A stretch of 64,000 nt of DNA from positions 96,001 to 160,000 of the forward strand of contig CBEUCH010000006.1 of NCBI GenBank assembly GCA_965541585.1, written 5' to 3'. This document shows, piece by piece, positions 30,131 to 38,892 of this stretch; the stretch's first letter is position 1; every line of letters starts with the position of its first letter. Below the pieces are notes generated by a model. That model was not told where the DNA came from. It ran no database searches and was given only the letters and a program-made list of their open reading frames with translations. Origin of the DNA: an uncultured bacterium (lineage in GTDB: Bacteria > Zixibacteria > MSB-5A5 > UBA10806). Position numbers and translations under genes: made by a program.

Positions 30131-31044
30131 ACGTAAATCTCGCCGTTGATGTCGCGGGTCTTCGTTTGAAAAATCCCATCCTGACCGCCTCGGGCTGTTT
30201 CGCTTACGGCGAGGAGGCCTCAGAGATATTCGATATTTCCTTGCTGGGAGGTATTGTTACAAAATCCCTGACCTACCTGCCGAGGGAGGGACACCCTCCG
30301 CCCAAGGTATGCGAGACCGACGCCGGTATGTTGAACGCCATCGGGCTTTCCAATGTCGGGATAGACAGATTCTTAAGCGAAAAACTTCGGTTCCTGTCGA
30401 AAAAAGATACAGCGTGCATCGTAAGTATCGCCGGATCAACAGTGGACGAATATATACGCCTGGCGGAGATCCTTGCCGGCTGCGATGAGGTTCCTGCGAT
30501 AGAGGTTAATATTTCCTGCCCCAATGTCGACGAGGGGGGGCTGGAATTCGGCGCGTACAGCGAGCCCGCCGGCCGCGTCATAGGCCAGGTCAGGAAGCGG
30601 TTTCCCCGAACCCTGATTGCGAAGCTATCTCCTAACGTGACCGATATAGTCGAGATAGCAAATAGTGTTGTCGACAACGGGGCCGACGCGGTTTCGTTGA
30701 TCAATACAATTGTCGGAACGGCAATAGATATCGATAAGAAAACCTTCAAGCTCTCAAATACATTTGGAGGCTTATCGGGTCCGGCGATCCGTCCGATAGC
30801 GCTGGCCATGGTCTACAGGGTGGCGGGCTCTATCGATGTCCCTGTTATAGGTATCGGGGGTATAACCACAACCTCGGACGCCGTGGAATTCTTTCTCGCC
30901 GGCGCCAAAGCCGTTCAAGTGGGAACCGCCTGTTTCATCGATCCCGGGGCTCCTCTTAATATCATAGAGGGCCTCCGCAATTATCTTATCAGCCAGGGCG
31001 AAGACGATATAAACAATATTATTGGAACCGTTAAACCACTGTGA
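30121..31044 (+). CDS. pyrD: dihydroorotate dehydrogenase family 1B catalytic subunit (probable non-canonical start)
   Basis: KNPILTASG, NAIGLSN, NISCPN, KLSPN, GGLSG. The frame is open upstream of TTG 30166 to CTG 30121 behind GGAGG. Confidence 0.93.
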   Translation: MAIDVNLAVDVAGLRLKNPILTASGCFAYGEEASEIFDISLLGGIVTKSLTYLPREGHPPPKVCETDAGMLNAIGLSNVGIDRFLSEKLRFLSKKDTACIVSIAGSTVDEYIRLAEILAGCDEVPAIEVNISCPNVDEGGLEFGAYSEPAGRVIGQVRKRFPRTLIAKLSPNVTDIVEIANSVVDNGADAVSLINTIVGTAIDIDKKTFKLSNTFGGLSGPAIRPIALAMVYRVAGSIDVPVIGIGGITTTSDAVEFFLAGAKAVQVGTACFIDPGAPLNIIEGLRNYLISQGEDDINNIIGTVKPL

Positions 31045-31955
31045 TATTTAGAGAAAAGCTGCTCGAAGCCTCGAGAAAAAATGAAAGCTGGCTGTGCATC
31101 GGTCTCGATCCGGATACGGCAAAGCTCCCCGATATTTCCGGCTCCGGGCCCGAGGCCGTTTTGAAATTCAACCGCGCCGTTATTGAATCTACTACGGATC
31201 TGGTATGTGCCTACAAACCGAATGCGGCATTCTATGAATGCATGGGGGCCGCAGGCCTGGAGATATTGAAAGAAACTATAAAATCAATCCCCGATCATAT
31301 TCCGGTAATCCTTGATTTCAAGAGGGGCGATATCGGTAATACCGCCGCCATGTATGCCAGGTCCGCATTCGAGAATCTTCGTGCGGACGCTGTCACGGTG
31401 AATCCATATCTCGGTAGAGATTCCATCGAGCCGTTCGTCAACTATCGGGAAAAGGGCACCTTTGTGCTTTGCCTGACATCTAATCCATCGTCATCGGATA
31501 TCCAGAGGCAGTTGATGCTCCTGGAAGATCCCCCTGAGGGCGGGCGGATGCCGCCACAATCGAAGGCAAAAAAGTTTGCTGAATTCTTCAAGTCATCAAC
31601 GCAACCGCTGTACTCATATATTGCAGGCCTCGCTGTGGAATGGAACGGCCATGGAAATGTCGGTCTTGTTGTAGGTGCTACCTCCCATAAAGAGTTGAAG
31701 CAAATACGTGAGACAATTGGAGAAAATATGCCCATATTAATACCTGGCGTCGGGGCGCAGGGAGGAGATCTGGAGAGATCTGTCATTTACGGCTCCAATT
31801 CAAACGGTGAGATGGCAATAATAAATGTTGCCAGAGGTATAATATACGCATGGAGAGATGAATCTCTTTTTCAATCAGAGGTTCGTGATGCCGCTGAATC
31901 ATTCAAGCGGCAGATTACCGAAGCGGCCGCAGGGAAAATGGGATCGAAACGCTAA
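31041..31955 (+). CDS. pyrF: orotidine 5'-phosphate decarboxylase
   Basis: LCIGLDP, YKPN, DFKRGDIGNT, TSNP, PGVGAQGG. Confidence 0.96.
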   Translation: MIFREKLLEASRKNESWLCIGLDPDTAKLPDISGSGPEAVLKFNRAVIESTTDLVCAYKPNAAFYECMGAAGLEILKETIKSIPDHIPVILDFKRGDIGNTAAMYARSAFENLRADAVTVNPYLGRDSIEPFVNYREKGTFVLCLTSNPSSSDIQRQLMLLEDPPEGGRMPPQSKAKKFAEFFKSSTQPLYSYIAGLAVEWNGHGNVGLVVGATSHKELKQIRETIGENMPILIPGVGAQGGDLERSVIYGSNSNGEMAIINVARGIIYAWRDESLFQSEVRDAAESFKRQITEAAAGKMGSKR

Positions 31956-32110
31956 TGGTTGAGAAATCCACATTCTCCTGATATTATTTTTCCGTCCATA
32001 ATCCATATATTAATTCGCTTGACACCATACCGGGAATAAATATATTGAATTTGTACTTTTATTCAGAGTTGAGTAAGATTTAACGGCTGTTGTCAGGTAC
32101 GGGTAATATA

Positions 32111-33421
32111 ATGCCAGTTGAAAGTAAATCGAAAAGGGTGAGAAAAAAGCTCCCGATCGTGGTAATAGGCGGCGGACCGGCAGGGATGACTGCCGCACAG
32201 ATTGCGGCAAGAAAATACAAGAACGTAGTCTTATATGATAAGAATCCTGTCCCGGGCAAAAAACTAAGCTCGATCGAATCCGATTCGATCCTGATTGGCG
32301 AAAAGCAGTCGCCTGAGACGACGGCTGAAGCTTTCGGCGCCAAGGGTAAGTTTGTTATACCTGCGCTGAGGGCCTTCGGGTGGAAGGAGATTGCCGAACA
32401 TCTGGGGGAGATCAAACTCCCGGTAGAATTGAACGGCGAAAATCAGCTTAAGGTCTCGCCGGAAAGTGCCTCTCTGGTTTCCACCCGCCTCAGGGAAGGG
32501 GCTGAGGCCGCCGGGGTCGTGGTTAAAAAATCATCGCGGGTGACGGACATAAAGATCTCCGGCGACGTTGTAAAGGGAGTCGTGATCAATGGCGTGACTC
32601 ATCCCGCACTGGCCGTCATTGTGGCCTGCGGCTCGTATTCATCGCCCAATCGGGGATCAACGCAAGATGGCTATGGGATAGCGAGAAAGGCCGGGCATAA
32701 GATCGTCACCATCAGGCCTGCCATGGTGGGTTTTGAGACAGTGGAGAGATATGGGAAGATTCTGGCGGATGTTAATATCAGAGATTGCCGTATTGATGTC
32801 AGTCTCGATGAAAAGCCGCAGTTCACAGACCGGGGAACCTTGACCTTTGCAAGCTATGGCCTGGAGGGCGATCTGATATTGAACCATTCTGCCCGAATAA
32901 TCGATTTGCTCGAAAAAGGCCAGGTAACGGTGAATATCGATCTGATGCCGGATATGTCGAAGGCCAGGATCGAGAAAATTCTGGGGCAGGAGTCCGCAAG
33001 CAGCAGCCGGACAACTGTCTGGGAGATTCTCACGAGATACATTCCGGATAGGCTGCTCGACGGGATGCATAAGATGATCCGAATTCATTGCCGCAGACCG
33101 GCAGTGCGTCTCTCAAACCTCGAGAGGAAAAGCCTGGCCATCTGGCTTAAGGAGTTCGCTTTCACGATCAAGAGATGCCGTCCGTTTAACGAGACCAGGG
33201 GGGTATTGGGCGGGGTGTCGCTGGATGATATCGATCCCGAGACCATGCGCTCGAATAAGGTAAAGAATCTTTATTTCGCCGGCGATGTTCTGGATCTTCT
33301 GGGCCCCTGGGGTGGGTATAACATCGAAATAGCGTTTGCTACAGGCCACCTTGCCGGTCTCTCGGCGGCGAATACCAATAGCGTCAAGAAGAAAACGACG
33401 AAATCATCGAGAACGCGCTGA
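32111..33421 (+). CDS. HI0933/YhiN/BaiN-family flavoprotein, divergent
   Basis: VIGGGPAG, STQDGY, GGV..IDPETM.S, LYFAG, GGYN. Confidence 0.85.
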   Translation: MPVESKSKRVRKKLPIVVIGGGPAGMTAAQIAARKYKNVVLYDKNPVPGKKLSSIESDSILIGEKQSPETTAEAFGAKGKFVIPALRAFGWKEIAEHLGEIKLPVELNGENQLKVSPESASLVSTRLREGAEAAGVVVKKSSRVTDIKISGDVVKGVVINGVTHPALAVIVACGSYSSPNRGSTQDGYGIARKAGHKIVTIRPAMVGFETVERYGKILADVNIRDCRIDVSLDEKPQFTDRGTLTFASYGLEGDLILNHSARIIDLLEKGQVTVNIDLMPDMSKARIEKILGQESASSSRTTVWEILTRYIPDRLLDGMHKMIRIHCRRPAVRLSNLERKSLAIWLKEFAFTIKRCRPFNETRGVLGGVSLDDIDPETMRSNKVKNLYFAGDVLDLLGPWGGYNIEIAFATGHLAGLSAANTNSVKKKTTKSSRTR

Positions 33422-33513
33422 GGCGTTTCATCCCTGATTAGCTAGGTTATGATCCTTCAGGCCATTTCCTTATCGTTTAAAATTCTTTTCGGTAATTAGC
33501 TAGATTAGACTAA

Positions 33514-33555
33514 TAAAAAAAGCCTCCGGACACTTTATGGTGGCTCCGGAGGCTT
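33514..33555 (-). terminator. intrinsic terminator of the 95-aa gene
   Basis: Minus strand AAGCCTCCGGA..TCCGGAGGCTT followed by a T-tract. Confidence 0.85.
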
Positions 33556-33589
33556 GATAAGATAAATTTCTAAAGAATCTTGTCGATCT

Positions 33590-33877
33590 TTAGAAATTCA
33601 CGTTCAGCGAATAATTCGCTGCTATAATCCGGCACTCGTCAAGTGCGAGATTGGGATCATCGGCAATCCTGGTGACAAACCAGGGCTCGTTGCTGGTGAA
33701 GCCCAGGAATACTGTTCCTCCAATGTTCAGCATTTCTGGAGTTACACGATAGAGAAAACCGTGCCTGTTATCGACATAGCAGCCCGGTTGATTGATTTTC
33801 TGGATCGGCAATTGCTCGGAAATGCGATTCCAGTTTTTTGAAGTCATGCTCGACTCAGCTACCTGAGTTTTCGGCAT
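33590..33877 (-). CDS. small hypothetical protein
   Basis: AGGAGG RBS, own promoter and terminator; INQPGCYV..GFLYRV..VTRIADDP..AANYSLNVNF looks like a real folded domain. Confidence 0.8.
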   Translation of the reverse strand: MPKTQVAESSMTSKNWNRISEQLPIQKINQPGCYVDNRHGFLYRVTPEMLNIGGTVFLGFTSNEPWFVTRIADDPNLALDECRIIAANYSLNVNF

Positions 33878-34016
33878 CTTTCCTCCTAATGATTTAGAGT
33901 TAATGGATTAAAAGCGGATGTTTCCACCGAAACACCTGTATAGTCAACTGCCCGTAGACCGATTCTGGCGCGGTCTTCAGGCAGGTATGGTCGTTGCCAA
34001 TATTCGTTCTGATTGT

Positions 34017-34069
34017 CATAATCATTCTCATTACAAACGCTAAAATATGTATTCATTTTCCCGTGTCAA
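34017..34069 (-). promoter_or_regulatory. sigma70-type promoter with a Fur-box-like operator over the start site
   Basis: TTGACA-16-TATTTT, then TGTAATGAGAATGATTATG (14/19 to GATAATGATAATCATTATC). Confidence 0.55.
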
Positions 34070-34218
34070 GAAGAAAATGATAGTGGAGTAATCTTATTTT
34101 CAGTAAAGCGGGTTAAAAGAGTCTTTGTATTATTTTTCAATCATGATATTGATAGAATATATTATTTTTGGGGGATCGGAGGGGCGGATTGCAATTCGCC
34201 CCGGAGCTATGATCGATA

Positions 34219-35550
34219 TCACAAAACCGGCAGGTAATTATTAATTTCGAAATCGGTCACGGCCACTCTGAAACGATCCCACTCCAGCGTTTTGTTACCT
34301 ATGAGCGCATTGAAAACATGATCGCCGAGGACTTCTTTCATCAGCTTCGATTTTTTGAATTCCGAAAGCGCCTGCATTAGGGATGCCGGCAAGGTATCGA
34401 TTCTTTTTCTTTTGAGCTTCCTGGCGTCCATCTCGTATATATTTTCTTCCACAGGCTCCGGCAGAGGATAACCTTTTTTGATTCCTTCATAACCGGCGGC
34501 CAGCATGACCGCGAATGCCAGGTAGGGGTTGCAGGCCGGGTCGGGGCTGCGAAGCTCGACTCTGGTTGCCTTTTCCCTGCCGAGCTTATACATGGGAACC
34601 CGCACCAGCGACGAGCGGTTGCGCTGGCCCCAGGATATATAGCAGGGAGCTTCGTAATCGGGGACCAGCCTCTTGTATGAGTTCACCCATTGATTGGTGA
34701 TCAGACACAGCTCTTTTACATGCACGAGGAGCCCGGCGATATATTTCTTAGCTATATCCGAAAGATGATAGGGATCGGAAGGGTCGAAGAATGTATTCTT
34801 GCCTTCTTTGAATAGGGATTGATGCGTGTGCATCCCCGAACCATTGACGCCGAAGATGGGCTTGGGCATGAATGTGGCGTAATGACCTCTCGATAAGGCC
34901 TTTTCCTTAACAACCAACCTGTACAACATGGCGAAATCGGCCATCTTGAGAGCTTCCTGGTATTTTAAATCGATTTCGTGCTGGCTGGGGGCAACTTCGT
35001 GATGAGAACATTCGACTGGAATTCCGATATCCTCCAGGGCGCCGACAGCGGATTTTCTCAAATGAGTGGTTTCCTCGACTGTGGAAAACTCGAAATATCC
35101 GCCACGATCCATTATCTCCGGAGCGGAGGAGCTCTTGAAATAGAAAAACTCCATCTCCGGTCCCATATATGCGGTGAATCCTTCCGCAGCCAGCCGCTCC
35201 ACTACCCGTCTCAATATATATCGAGGATCTCCCTCATACGATTCGCCGTGGGGTGTCTTGATATCGCAAAATACGGAGGCTATTTTCTCAGAATTAACCG
35301 CCCAGGGAAAGATGGTAAATGTCGAGAGATCAGGATGCGCCATGAGATCCGATTCCTCGATCCTGACGAATCCCTCTATAGAGGACCCGTCGAATCCCTG
35401 GCCGTTGGCAAATACTTCCTCGATCTCGGAACGGGTTATTGTCATACCGCGCAACACCCCTAGAACATCGGTAAACCACAGGCGAACATATTTGATGCCT
35501 TTTTCATCGATGAGTTTTAATGCGCTATCCTGATCAGCGACGCCTATCAT
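34219..35550 (-). CDS. glnA: glutamine synthetase type I
   Basis: FDGSSIEGF, HHEVAPSQHEI, TFMPKP, NGSGMH, ELRSPDP. Start at ATG 35550 after GGAG. Confidence 0.97.
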   Translation of the reverse strand: MIGVADQDSALKLIDEKGIKYVRLWFTDVLGVLRGMTITRSEIEEVFANGQGFDGSSIEGFVRIEESDLMAHPDLSTFTIFPWAVNSEKIASVFCDIKTPHGESYEGDPRYILRRVVERLAAEGFTAYMGPEMEFFYFKSSSAPEIMDRGGYFEFSTVEETTHLRKSAVGALEDIGIPVECSHHEVAPSQHEIDLKYQEALKMADFAMLYRLVVKEKALSRGHYATFMPKPIFGVNGSGMHTHQSLFKEGKNTFFDPSDPYHLSDIAKKYIAGLLVHVKELCLITNQWVNSYKRLVPDYEAPCYISWGQRNRSSLVRVPMYKLGREKATRVELRSPDPACNPYLAFAVMLAAGYEGIKKGYPLPEPVEENIYEMDARKLKRKRIDTLPASLMQALSEFKKSKLMKEVLGDHVFNALIGNKTLEWDRFRVAVTDFEINNYLPVL

Positions 35551-35769
35551 ATTTATCTCCCTGGAATCTCGTTTCTCGCCCAACTTTAAGAAAGTCCTAT
35601 ATAAGACCTTTGAACATGTCACGTCAACATTTATCAGGTAAAAGAGCACATTTTTCTGTGTTTGATGAAAATTCTGCAGGGAGATTATGGATAAGGTAAT
35701 CTCGCTTAAGAAGAAGAGGTCTCCCGGCGAGGGGCCCGAGAGGTTATGAATGATATTGACTTACACAGA

Positions 35770-36741
35770 TCATTTCCGTTGTTGTTTATGCCATTCTATG
35801 GTTTTTGCAAGGCCGTCCGAGAGCTTTGTTTTCCACTGAAAGGTAAGGATTTTTTTTGCTTTTGAGAGATCCGGGATCCGGCGCCTGACATCCTCATACT
35901 TGCCTCCGAAACTCTCATAAGGAACAAATGTGATCTTCGGGGATTGCCCCGGGCGTATGAGATCGTTGATAGTCTGCGCCAGCCGAAGGATGCTTATCTC
36001 CTCATCCGAACCGAGATTGATTATCTCTCCGATCGCTTTTTCCGATTCTGCCGCCGCCATGATACCGGAAATGAGATCATCTATGTACGTAAAAGAGCGT
36101 GTCTGGGAGCCATCGCCGTGGATCGTGATCTCTTTGTCTTCCAGAACCTGATCGATAAATACCGATTGCGGTCCTCCCCACCAGGAGCGGTGGTGCCTGG
36201 GGCCGTATGAACCGAAGAATCTTAAGATAACCACCGGCAGGTTCTTCTCGGCTTGATAAGCCAGGCCGAGATGCTCATCGAAGATTTTGCTGACAGCATA
36301 ACTCCAGCGCCTGCTGTCCGAAGGTCCGATGAGCAAATCATCGGTTTCTTTGAAAGGCGGTTTGCCTTTTCCGTAAACATCCGATGTGGACGCCAGGATC
36401 ACCTTGCAGCCGTTCTTTTCGGCCGCCTCGAATATGTTTCTGGTGCCGTCGTTGTTTATTCTCAAGGTCGAGAGAGCATCACCATAACGAGGGATTTTTC
36501 TGGCTGCCAGATGGAAGATCACCGACACGTCGCTCATAGCCTTATGGAGAGAGGCGGCATCGCAAACGTCTCTGTGATGAAATGAAAAATCGTTTCGCCG
36601 GGCGATAAGTTTTATGTTGTCTTTCGAGCCGTATGAAAGATCGTCATAGCAGCGAACAATATATCCTTTGTCGAGTAGGGCTTGGCAGAGATGCGAGCCT
36701 ATAAAGCCCGCACCGCCCGTGACCAGTGCAGCCGGTTTAAT
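35770..36741 (-). CDS. NAD-dependent nucleotide-sugar epimerase/dehydratase (extended SDR), probable ATT start
   Basis: Frame continues upstream of the track's ATG through LVTGGAGFIGSHL to ATT 36741; STSDVYG; YAVSK. Confidence 0.9.
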   Translation of the reverse strand: MKPAALVTGGAGFIGSHLCQALLDKGYIVRCYDDLSYGSKDNIKLIARRNDFSFHHRDVCDAASLHKAMSDVSVIFHLAARKIPRYGDALSTLRINNDGTRNIFEAAEKNGCKVILASTSDVYGKGKPPFKETDDLLIGPSDSRRWSYAVSKIFDEHLGLAYQAEKNLPVVILRFFGSYGPRHHRSWWGGPQSVFIDQVLEDKEITIHGDGSQTRSFTYIDDLISGIMAAAESEKAIGEIINLGSDEEISILRLAQTINDLIRPGQSPKITFVPYESFGGKYEDVRRRIPDLSKAKKILTFQWKTKLSDGLAKTIEWHKQQRK

Positions 36742-36742
36742 G

Positions 36743-37939
36743 CTATCCTCCAGCGACTATCGCCTCCCTGACTTTCTTGATCTTATCGGTGCCTTCCTTG
36801 ATGGAATCCGGCTCAAACAGGCTCTTGCGAACGTTCATGAACACATCCACGATTCTCTCGGCTACCCGGCCGTCCCAGTACTTGGGGAATTTGCCGGTTT
36901 TGACATTACCGTTTAAGATATTCTCCGCTGCGGCGACAATCTTTTCCGGATATGCCCCGACTAAGATGTTGGTCCCCTCGGTCAGCGTTACCGGACGCTC
37001 GGTGTTTTTCCTTAGCGTCAGGCAGGGAACGTTCAACACCGTTGTCTCCTCCTGGATACCGCCGGAATCGGTCAGCACCATGGCGGCCTCGGACTCCAGT
37101 TTCAGAAAATCGAGATAACCGACCGGATCGATAAGCCGGATTCCCGTCTCGCCAAAATATGAGGATAGCTTGTATTTATCAATACTTAATCTGGTTCGGG
37201 GATGGCATGGAAATATCACAGGAACTCTTTCAGTCAGGCTATTTACGGCTGAGAGGATATTTTTCAACGTCCTGGGATCATCCACATTCTCCGGTCTGTG
37301 AAGAGTCAGAAGGGCATAATTCTTCTGCTGGAGGCCGAGCTGGTTTGCTATCCCCCGGTTCCGGGCGATCTTGATATGGTTTAAAAGCGATTCTATCATG
37401 ACGTTACCCACGAAGAATATTGCGTTTTCGTCGGCTCCTTCGCTGATCAGATTCTGGCAGGCGGAACTTTCGGTTGTGAAATGGAAATCGGTTATTCTAT
37501 CGGTCATTATCCGGTTAATCTCTTCCGGCATGCTCATATCGAACGAGCGCAGCCCGGCCTCGATATGTGCAATCAGGATTTTGCATTTGGCGGCGACCAG
37601 GGCGCAGGCCAGCGTGGAGTTGACATCGCCGACGACTACGATCAGATGGGGAGTATTCTCCAGAACCACCCTCTCGAATTCCATCATGATTTTGGCAGTC
37701 TGCTCCGCGTGAGTGCCGGAGCCGACTCCCAGATGAAGCTCCGGTTTGGGCATTTTGAGTTCGTCGAAGAAAAGCTGAGAAAGCCGGCGGTCGTAATGCT
37801 GGCCGGTATGCACCAGTATCGGATCGAGAAAGTCTGAGAATCTTTTCATCCGCTCGATTATCGGTGCGGCCTTCATGAAATTGGGCCGTGCACCCACTAC
37901 AACCATGACTTTCATTCGCGGCGGACGATATTGAGTCAA
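36743..37939 (-). CDS. wecB: UDP-N-acetylglucosamine 2-epimerase (non-hydrolysing)
   Basis: GARPNFMK, HTGQHY, GDVNST, HIEAGLRS, TDSGGIQEE. Confidence 0.95.
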   Translation of the reverse strand: MTQYRPPRMKVMVVVGARPNFMKAAPIIERMKRFSDFLDPILVHTGQHYDRRLSQLFFDELKMPKPELHLGVGSGTHAEQTAKIMMEFERVVLENTPHLIVVVGDVNSTLACALVAAKCKILIAHIEAGLRSFDMSMPEEINRIMTDRITDFHFTTESSACQNLISEGADENAIFFVGNVMIESLLNHIKIARNRGIANQLGLQQKNYALLTLHRPENVDDPRTLKNILSAVNSLTERVPVIFPCHPRTRLSIDKYKLSSYFGETGIRLIDPVGYLDFLKLESEAAMVLTDSGGIQEETTVLNVPCLTLRKNTERPVTLTEGTNILVGAYPEKIVAAAENILNGNVKTGKFPKYWDGRVAERIVDVFMNVRKSLFEPDSIKEGTDKIKKVREAIVAGG

Positions 37940-38150
37940 AACTCACCCCCGGGATAAATTCTAGACTATAAACCGTTCTATTATGTTTATTCGGAAGGTT
38001 GGAGCTTAAAATAAACACAACCTACCATTTTTTAGAGAGGCTTTATGACCGCATGGTAAAGGCGGCGGCCTTCTATGCGTATTTCCGGTGGATAGTGACG
38101 GGGGGATGAGATATCATTGTCGAAACCATGAAGCTTTCCGGCTACCCACT

Positions 38151-38723
38151 CTACAAATCCTTCGATACGATAAGAACGGGCAGGCCAATACGCGAGAGAA
38201 AGGCAGCAAACCGTTGTGATAAGTCCTCCCGGTAAAGCTCTGATACGGTGCATACGAAATTCGTTTTCTTAAGTTCCGTAAGAGATAATATCGGTACCGA
38301 AAAGTAGTGCTTGAAATCGACTATGGAGGGAACCATAGGAATATTACTTGGGAATTCTAAGTAATGATAACGTGGCTTCTCGTTATTCACTAATAACCGG
38401 CCGTCTGTTCTCTTTCTGTTTATTTGCTCAGATTTTATGCCTATTTCCTCAAGATGATCACCACTGAAGACATGCTCCGCATTATAGAGAGGAGCCACTA
38501 GCACCGAAATAAGCCACTTATCTTGTGTTTGTTTGCGCTCTATCCTGAATGTGTGATCTTGTTCAAGATCACAATCCTGGGTTAAAACAACTACAAAAGG
38601 AAATCTGATTCTTGATATTTCCAGAATGCCCTCATCTTCAAGCACACGCTCGAGGCAGTCGATGTCGCGCAGGACATCTCCCTGACACACTCGATTATCT
38701 AGATCGGTTCGTGTTCTAATCAT
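38151..38723 (-). CDS. hypothetical protein, MazF/PemK-like fold suspected
   Basis: QGDVL, VVVLTQDCDL, VLVAPL, VDFK, FLSRIGLP. Confidence 0.6.
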   Translation of the reverse strand: MIRTRTDLDNRVCQGDVLRDIDCLERVLEDEGILEISRIRFPFVVVLTQDCDLEQDHTFRIERKQTQDKWLISVLVAPLYNAEHVFSGDHLEEIGIKSEQINRKRTDGRLLVNNEKPRYHYLEFPSNIPMVPSIVDFKHYFSVPILSLTELKKTNFVCTVSELYREDLSQRFAAFLSRIGLPVLIVSKDL

Positions 38724-38892
38724 GGATGATTCGTGCTCTAATGACTATTCTAGTGGGCTTTCCGACAATGTATGGATGCTTTTCCTCCTGCAATTCGCTA
38801 TCCTCTGCGTCTTGTGTTATATCTTCGGAGTCTGATGCAGTAGCAGATCCTACATCAAAGTCTATGATGGGTTCGTCTTCACGCCGTTTCAT
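38716..38892 (-). CDS. 58-aa acidic ORF missed by the ORF track (putative antitoxin)
   Basis: MKRREDEPIIDFDVGSATASDSEDITQDAEDSELQEEKHPYIVGKPTRIVIRARIIHD*; fills the gap and overlaps both neighbours. Confidence 0.6.
   Translation of the reverse strand: MKRREDEPIIDFDVGSATASDSEDITQDAEDSELQEEKHPYIVGKPTRIVIRARIIHD

Noticed and set aside
33917..33990. Cobalamin, ZTP or c-di-GMP riboswitch identity for the structured leader
   Set aside because: The conserved cores of these families are absent; kept only as an unknown structured RNA
38032..38150. Possible remnant of a gene disrupted by the TIGR04255 cassette, with TACCC at both flanks as a target duplication
   Set aside because: A 5-bp match is expected by chance, and joining the flanks gives no convincing ORF or RNA
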